Source: Candidatus Altimarinota bacterium
GTDB lineage: Bacteria > Patescibacteriota > Gracilibacteria > UBA4473
Assembly (NCBI GenBank): GCA_050292255.1
Contig: JBNKLH010000001.1
Location: 1-25,300, forward strand
Direction: 5' to 3'
Length of the DNA: 25,300 bases
The first letter of the stretch is position 1. Every line of letters begins with the position of its first letter. Of the stretch, positions 19,898 to 25,300 are shown one piece after another. Made by a program: the position numbers and the translations under genes. The notes beneath the pieces were generated by a model. It did not search any database and was not told where the DNA came from. It saw only the letters and a program-made list of their open reading frames with translations.

Positions 19898-21376
19898 ATG
19901 TCTCACGGAAAAATACTTTTAAATGCGTCAGCGCAGTTCATTGGGAAAATCCTCACAGTGATAGCGAGCTTTATTATTGTGAAGTTGGTGACCTCTGTGG
20001 GAGCTGACTTCTATGGGAAATATGTGACAGCGTACGAATTTTTGGCATTTTTTGGGGTGTTGGCGGATGCCGGACTTTTTGCCATTGCCGTCCGGGATAT
20101 GAGTAAGAAGGCACGAGAAAATGAATTTGTACTTGGAAATATCCTTTCGTTACGGTTGATTTTAGTCATAACGGTCGTCTTGTTAGCGGGAGTTATTGCT
20201 CAGGTCGTGCCGAATTATTCTCCGGAAGTTCGAGCGGGGATCTGGATTACGGCGATTTCTATGGGATTGACGATCATTGCGGGAACGCTTTCCAGTGTCT
20301 TGCAGGCACGGATGAAGATCCAAAAATTTTCTGCGGCTCTCGTGGTAGGAAAAATTCTTTTAGCGGGATTGATCTACTACATTATTACAAATGCAGAATT
20401 ATTTGGTGGAGCCGGAAATAGATTGCTCTTCCCACTTTTGTGGGCCGGGGTGGCTTCGAATGTTTTATTTTGTGGACTCGTTATCTTTTTCGTTCGTCGA
20501 GAAATCAGGATTCGATTGCAGTGGCATTGGGAATATATAAGAAACACTCTTCGGGTGTCGCTTCCGTATGGTTTGGCGTTGATTCTGCAAACACTCTATT
20601 TGCGATTGGATATTTTGTTGATTTCCTTTTTGCTCGGAGAAATTGCGGTTGGGGTTTATGGGGTTGCCGCGCGGATATTAGAAAGCACATTGGTTCTCGG
20701 TGTTTTCTTTGGACAAGCGGTGTTACCAAAGATTTCTTCCGAAGAATCTGATCACGAAAAAGTTACTCAAACACTTTCCTGGGGAGCCGAAAAATTGGTC
20801 TTGGTATCTTTACCACTGATTATTGGAGTGACGGCATTTGCACCGGATATTGTGAAGATCTTGAGTTCGGGAGAATTCCTCTCCACGGCGACGGAATGGA
20901 AATCAGACATGATGATGCGGATATTGATTCCGACGGTCTTTTTTGCCTTTCTCAATCAGCTATTTACTTTCACCTTGGTCGCAAAGAACCGACAGAATTT
21001 CCTGCTTATCGTGAATGGAACGGCACTTGGGTTGAACGCGATTTTGAACCTCTATTTTCTCCCTCGATATGGGATTACCGCTGCGGCGTTGACGACGGTA
21101 TTTTGTGAAATTGTGGCATTTATTCTTTTGGCTCGAGAAGTATGGAAACATTTTCATCTTCATTTTTCATCCAGAAATCTTTTGATCTTGCTGATAGCAA
21201 ACGGATTGATGTTGATTGAAATTTATTTGACCCCCCTAGGTGAAAATTTTATACTCGCCGCCGCTGTTTGCGGTCTGACGTATGTTGGTATAGTGGGGAT
21301 CTTCTGGAGAAGATTTTTCGCTACCAAAACCTTTCCTCAGATGGAAGGACAAACCATGATTGAAGACCTAGAATAG
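19898..21376 (+). CDS. Wzx/MOP-family oligosaccharide flippase (polysaccharide biosynthesis protein)
   Basis: About 12-14 TM segments. Motifs YGKYVTAYEFLAFFGVLADAGL, LYLRLDILLISF..G..AVGVYG and LNLYFLPRYGITAAA. Confidence 0.9.
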   Translation: MSHGKILLNASAQFIGKILTVIASFIIVKLVTSVGADFYGKYVTAYEFLAFFGVLADAGLFAIAVRDMSKKARENEFVLGNILSLRLILVITVVLLAGVIAQVVPNYSPEVRAGIWITAISMGLTIIAGTLSSVLQARMKIQKFSAALVVGKILLAGLIYYIITNAELFGGAGNRLLFPLLWAGVASNVLFCGLVIFFVRREIRIRLQWHWEYIRNTLRVSLPYGLALILQTLYLRLDILLISFLLGEIAVGVYGVAARILESTLVLGVFFGQAVLPKISSEESDHEKVTQTLSWGAEKLVLVSLPLIIGVTAFAPDIVKILSSGEFLSTATEWKSDMMMRILIPTVFFAFLNQLFTFTLVAKNRQNFLLIVNGTALGLNAILNLYFLPRYGITAAALTTVFCEIVAFILLAREVWKHFHLHFSSRNLLILLIANGLMLIEIYLTPLGENFILAAAVCGLTYVGIVGIFWRRFFATKTFPQMEGQTMIEDLE

Positions 21377-21385
21377 CACCCTAAA

Positions 21386-21507
21386 AAAGGGGCCCCCGGA
21401 AAATCGGAATGAAATGAAGATTTTGTGGGGAGAGGAGGAGGTTGCGAAGTGCTGGGAGCTTTCTGTGAAGCAGAAAACGGAAGACACGCAGCCACCGACG
21501 ACGAGAC
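21386..21507 (+). repeat. tRNA-upstream hairpin element, copy B (5' of tRNA-Ser)
   Basis: Homologous to 19643..19775 on the opposite strand; begins 10 nt after the flippase stop. Confidence 0.85.
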
Positions 21508-21597
21508 GGAGAGTTGCCAGAGCGGTCGAATGGGGCACCCTGCTAAGGTGTTGTATCCTCACGGGTACCGAGGGTTCGAATCCCTCACTCTCCGCCA
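21508..21597 (+). tRNA. trnS: tRNA-Ser (anticodon GCT)
   Basis: Acceptor GGAGAG/CTCTCC, anticodon arm GCACC-CT GCT AA-GGTGT, long variable arm, T arm GGGTTCGAATCCC and encoded CCA. Confidence 0.97.
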
Positions 21598-21770
21598 GCC
21601 TGCGCCAAGGCTTCGGCTGGCAGGCCAGGAGATAAACACGATGTTCTCAAAGAGAATATGGTGTTTTTCTCGTAGAGAAGGGGATTTGGACCCTTGGGTT
21701 CGCGTCGTAGCGGAGCGGAGACCACGTAAAACAAAAGACAGAAGTGAGAAGTAATCCCTCACTCTCCGCC
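21598..21770 (+). mobile_element. 174 bp mini-insert downstream of tRNA-Ser, ending in an 18 bp copy of the tRNA 3' end
   Basis: AATCCCTCACTCTCCGCC occurs at both 21579-21596 and 21753-21770. Core CCACGTAAAACAAAAGA is shared with the tRNA-Glu insert. Mobility is inferred. Confidence 0.65.
21634..21668 (+). terminator. terminator after tRNA-Ser
   Basis: AAACAC-G-ATGTTCTC-aaa-GAGAATAT-G-GTGTTT followed by TT. Confidence 0.7.
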
Positions 21771-21803
21771 TCACTTTTTATTTTTGAAACTTTCTCCATT
21801 CAC

Positions 21804-21831
21804 TTGCCGTTTTGAGAGTTGATATTACAAT
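21804..21831 (+). promoter_or_regulatory. putative sigma70 promoter for the DUF4349-like gene
   Basis: TTGCCG (21804-21809), 16 nt spacer, TACAAT (21826-21831). Confidence 0.5.
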
Positions 21832-21857
21832 CACTCTACCTCCTAACAAAAACAAAA

Positions 21858-22868
21858 ATGGATATTTCAAAGTTGAACCAGATTAAAACCTCACAGCTTC
21901 TGAAGGCAGCGGGACTTTTAATTTTAGCCGTTGTCGTATTGGTCGTCCTCTTCCGACTTGTGGTCTCAACCGTAAATATGAATGGCCGATATGGATCTAT
22001 GACTCAGAGTGTTTCCTACAAAGGAATGGCTCCGGCTATGGATTATGATATGGCAGAAGAATCTGCCTACGGACTTTCTACTCGGAATATCATGCCGGTT
22101 CCAGATGAGCCGACTATGGGAGATGATGCAGAAGATTTTGAGATCACAGAATACAATGCGTCTATCGAAACACGACATCTCAAAGATGCGTGTGTAAAGG
22201 TGGCTGGCTTGAAGGCAAAAGACTATGTGATTTTTGAGAATTCAAATTCATATGATCGAGGATGTAATTATTACTTCAAAGTAAAACGAGAAAATGTGGA
22301 TGAAATTTTAGCGTTTATCAAGCAAATGGATCCACGAGACTTCTCAGAAAACACACGAACGATTAAAGCCTTGGTGGATGATTACACAAGTGAAGCGGAT
22401 ATTCTTCAAAAGAAATTGGACTCTCTCGATGCAACACTTGAAAAAGCGATCACGGCGTATGATGAGGTAACAGAACTCGCAACTCGAGTGGAAAATGCAG
22501 AAAGTTTGGCAAAGATTATTGATAGCAAGGTAAATGTGATCGAACGACTGACGCAAGAACGGATTAACATTAATGCACAACTCGAACGAATCAGTCGATC
22601 AAAAGCACAGCAACTCGATCGACTTGAATATACTTATTTCCGGGTGAATATCACGGAAAACAAATTTGTGGATGGGGAAGCATTGAAAGATTCTTGGAAA
22701 TACGCGGTCAAAAATTTCGTACGGGATATGAATCAAATTGGTCAAGATCTCACGATTAATTTGGTGAAACTCTTTGCACAGATTTTCTTGTACGGATTGT
22801 ATGTATTGATCGTTGTGTTTGTGGCGAAATACGGATGGCGATTGGCGAAATACATTTGGAAGAAATAG
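21858..22868 (+). CDS. DUF4349-like membrane protein with coiled coil
   Basis: N-terminal TM, long coiled-coil segment ending LERISRSKAQQLDRLEYTYFRVNITE, and C-terminal TM. Family call made by eye. Confidence 0.7.
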   Translation: MDISKLNQIKTSQLLKAAGLLILAVVVLVVLFRLVVSTVNMNGRYGSMTQSVSYKGMAPAMDYDMAEESAYGLSTRNIMPVPDEPTMGDDAEDFEITEYNASIETRHLKDACVKVAGLKAKDYVIFENSNSYDRGCNYYFKVKRENVDEILAFIKQMDPRDFSENTRTIKALVDDYTSEADILQKKLDSLDATLEKAITAYDEVTELATRVENAESLAKIIDSKVNVIERLTQERININAQLERISRSKAQQLDRLEYTYFRVNITENKFVDGEALKDSWKYAVKNFVRDMNQIGQDLTINLVKLFAQIFLYGLYVLIVVFVAKYGWRLAKYIWKK

Positions 22869-22891
22869 TTTGTTTTTTTGACTCATGTTTT

Positions 22892-22920
22892 AAAAAGCTC
22901 CGCATTGCGGGGCTTTTTTT
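22892..22920 (+). terminator. Rho-independent (potentially bidirectional) terminator
   Basis: AAAAAGCTCCGC-att-GCGGGGCTTTTTTT. Confidence 0.85.
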
Positions 22921-22981
22921 GAAATCTCTTGACACATTTTTTTATATCTTTCATAAGAAGTATGTTTATTACCCCCATCTC

Positions 22982-23986
22982 ATGAGTGAACATCCTCGGA
23001 TTACGTATGGTATTGAAAATGCGGCAAAAGCGGCAGATATTATTAAAAAAGAAGTGAAAAAACGTGGATGGAAACTAAATATAGATGATGGGGTGATTTT
23101 GGGTTCTGGATTGGGAGGTTTTGCGAAAAACCATATGAATTATGAAACGGGCTCAGGAATCGAGCCCATTGCCATTTCTTTTGATGAGATTTTCAAAAAA
23201 TTGGGATTACCGGCAAGTGGTAAAAAAGGGGTCCCAGGACATGCGAAACAAATTTTGGTTGGACCCTTGAACGATGGAGATCCAAATCGATTGGTCTTTG
23301 GACAAGCTGGACGAGAACATCCTTACGAGGGAATTGAGTTGGCACGGGCTGTTTTTTGGATCCGAGTGATGCAGGTTTTGGGAGTTCAGAAACTTATCGG
23401 ATCAAATGCGGCTGGTATTTTGAGCGACAAAACATTAGATATCCCTTCTATTATGTTGCTTCGCAGCGATCAAGATATTACACAGACTTCTCCGGGAGAA
23501 GGGCCGAATAATTCTGATGAAGGGCCGAGGTTCCCACACATGGGAAATGTGCATACGGAAGACTTTCGAAAGGAAATCAAACAAACCGCTTCAGAAATAA
23601 ATGTAGACATAAAAGAAGGGACGTATTTTCGGGTGAAAGGTCCTATTTATGAACGCCCAGAGGATCTTTATCGACTTCGTGCAGATTTAGATAATATCTG
23701 GAAATATGGAAAGGAACAAAAAGGAGAAAATCGATTTAGTGGGGAACCGGTTGGAGTCGTGGGGATGTCTTCTACCTATGAGTTGGAGACCGCACAACAT
23801 GCGAGTCAGTCTTCTCTCTATCCGGCTTTTGCAAAGAAAGCCTACTTAAGTGCCATTACAAACTATGCTGCCGCGATGGGGCCGGAAGGATTTGCCGGAA
23901 ACTTAAGTCATGATGAGGTAAAGGGAAATGCTGCCAAAGTAGAGAAGGATTTTGGACGTCTGGTGGCAGAGATGCTGAAAAAATAG
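22982..23986 (+). CDS. punA: purine nucleoside phosphorylase, trimeric PNP-I family
   Basis: GVILGSGLGG, VPGH, GREHPYEG, GPIYERPED, VGMSS, SAITNYAA and SHDEV motifs. Confidence 0.87.
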   Translation: MSEHPRITYGIENAAKAADIIKKEVKKRGWKLNIDDGVILGSGLGGFAKNHMNYETGSGIEPIAISFDEIFKKLGLPASGKKGVPGHAKQILVGPLNDGDPNRLVFGQAGREHPYEGIELARAVFWIRVMQVLGVQKLIGSNAAGILSDKTLDIPSIMLLRSDQDITQTSPGEGPNNSDEGPRFPHMGNVHTEDFRKEIKQTASEINVDIKEGTYFRVKGPIYERPEDLYRLRADLDNIWKYGKEQKGENRFSGEPVGVVGMSSTYELETAQHASQSSLYPAFAKKAYLSAITNYAAAMGPEGFAGNLSHDEVKGNAAKVEKDFGRLVAEMLKK

Positions 23987-24034
23987 AACCGGAAAAACAT
24001 TCCCCTCAAATCAAAATCCATTACAATACGATCG

Positions 24035-25300
24035 ATGGAACTAGAAACAATCATCGGTCTCGAGATTCACGTACAGCTCAATACCAAATCAAAACTCTGG
24101 TGTGATTGTGATAATGATGCCTTCGGCGCGGAGCCAAATACGCGAGTGTGTCCGGTATGTATGGGATTCCCCGGGATGTTGCCGGTGCTCAATGAATCAG
24201 CTCTCGAAAAAGTATCTCGCGGAGCCGCGGCATTGGGATGTAAGATTCAAGAATTTTCAAAGTTTGATCGAAAAAATTATTTCTATCCAGATCTCCCGAC
24301 GGGATATCAGATTTCACAGTTTGATCGACCGATTTCTTTGTATGGAAGTGTAGAGATCTTTGTTCCGGAAGTAGACGAACACGGGAATAATTCTGGTGGA
24401 TACAAAAAAACGATCGGGGTGACACGCGTTCATCTCGAAAATGATGCAGGGAAACTAACGCATGTAGCAGATGGATCTTTGGTGGATTTTAACCGGGCAG
24501 GGAGTCCATTGGCAGAGATTGTGAGTGAACCAGAGCTGCGTTCTCCTGCAGAAGCCGAAGCCTATGCGCGGGAGATTCAGAAGATTGTACGATTTGTCGA
24601 TGCGTCGGATGCCGATATGGAGAAGGGGATGATGCGATTTGATGCGTCTGTGTCTCTTCGACCGAAAGGAGATGACAAGCTCTATGCACGAGCCGAGATC
24701 AAAAATTTAAATTCATTTGCGGCGTTGACCAAAGCGATTGCGTATGAAGTGGAACGACAAAAAAAATTGTGGGAAGCGGGGACTCCGCAGGACAAAGAAT
24801 GTACTGTCGGATGGCGAGAAGAAAAGGGGATTACGGAGCTAATGCGAATGAAGGAATCCTCAGATGATTATCGATATTTCCCAGAGCCGGATTTGCCGCC
24901 GATCACTTTCACAGAAAAAGAAATTGAAGACATTGAAAAAACAATTCCAGAACTTCCACTGGCAAAATTTTTCCGATATCGAGAGGATTTTAAATTGTCT
25001 GAGGACGATGCACGAACATTGTCTGACGATCCTAAGTTGGCCGAGTTTTTCGAAAAGGCGGTTGATTCTAAGGATGAGCCAAAGAAAATTGCGAATCTTC
25101 TTTTATCCGTTGTGTTGGCAGATCCAGATTGGATGAATTCTCAATTAAAAGCTTCAGAATTGGCGGAAGCCGCCTATCTTTGGGGAGAAAATCGGTTGTC
25201 TGCGTCAGGAGCCAAGCAAGTCATTGAAGCAGCAATGAAATCAGAAAAGTCTGCAGAAGCTCTCATGAAAGACCTCGGTCTCGAGCAGGTTTCAGATACC
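24035..25300 (+). CDS. gatB: Asp/Glu-tRNA amidotransferase subunit B (3' partial; missing from the ORF track because it has no stop in the window)
   Basis: MELETIIGLEIHVQLNTKSKL, CPVCMGFPGMLPVLN, FDRKNYFYPDLPTGYQISQ, HLENDAGK, RMKESSDDYRYFPEPDL; open to the window end. Confidence 0.97.
   Translation, partial: MELETIIGLEIHVQLNTKSKLWCDCDNDAFGAEPNTRVCPVCMGFPGMLPVLNESALEKVSRGAAALGCKIQEFSKFDRKNYFYPDLPTGYQISQFDRPISLYGSVEIFVPEVDEHGNNSGGYKKTIGVTRVHLENDAGKLTHVADGSLVDFNRAGSPLAEIVSEPELRSPAEAEAYAREIQKIVRFVDASDADMEKGMMRFDASVSLRPKGDDKLYARAEIKNLNSFAALTKAIAYEVERQKKLWEAGTPQDKECTVGWREEKGITELMRMKESSDDYRYFPEPDLPPITFTEKEIEDIEKTIPELPLAKFFRYREDFKLSEDDARTLSDDPKLAEFFEKAVDSKDEPKKIANLLLSVVLADPDWMNSQLKASELAEAAYLWGENRLSASGAKQVIEAAMKSEKSAEALMKDLGLEQVSDT

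Noticed and set aside
21368-21774. ORFs 21368..21562, 21414..21635, 21425..21754, 21559..21774 and 19351..19608
   Set aside because: They overlap tRNA genes and structured repeats, so they are spurious frames.
98-25136. Remaining short ORF-track entries nested in or antisense to the called genes
   Set aside because: They have no recognisable motifs and are shadow frames of longer, well-supported CDS.
166-25300. Active genetic code 25 or 4 (UGA as sense) for this genome
   Set aside because: All long genes are complete under code 11, with no internal TGA across several thousand codons. Only the absence of TGA stops is reported as a finding.

Overview
A 25.3 kb bacterial window with mostly unlinked housekeeping genes: V-type ATPase B, ssb, ndk, an RsuA-family pseudouridine synthase, yebC, rlmD, nrnA, a purine nucleoside phosphorylase, a partial gatB, tRNA-Glu and tRNA-Ser. 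It also has several cell-surface or cell-wall genes: an SLH-RlpA-CAP protein, an FN3 surface protein, a CsaB-like pyruvyl transferase, a Wzx-like flippase and a ~950 aa SGNH plus lysozyme-like protein. Broken operons, SD-less starts, a V-type ATPase and SLH proteins suggest a Patescibacteria (Gracilibacteria/Peregrinibacteria-like) genome; this is inference only. Two structures are not explained by standard annotation. (1) At 3.0-5.3 kb there is a tandem array of six (possibly seven) highly diverged ~80 aa paralogues. All six end in FN plus 1-3 residues. They form two units, each with the same 87 bp leader (alternative hairpins over an SD-like motif) and the same terminator, and almost all the window's SD sites lie here. 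(2) The two tRNA genes that flank the flippase divergently share an upstream ~130 bp hairpin element. Each is also followed by a 143 or 174 bp mini-insert with a shared core, ending in a copy of its own tRNA's 3' end that starts exactly at T-loop position 58. All motif calls were made by eye, with no database searches.
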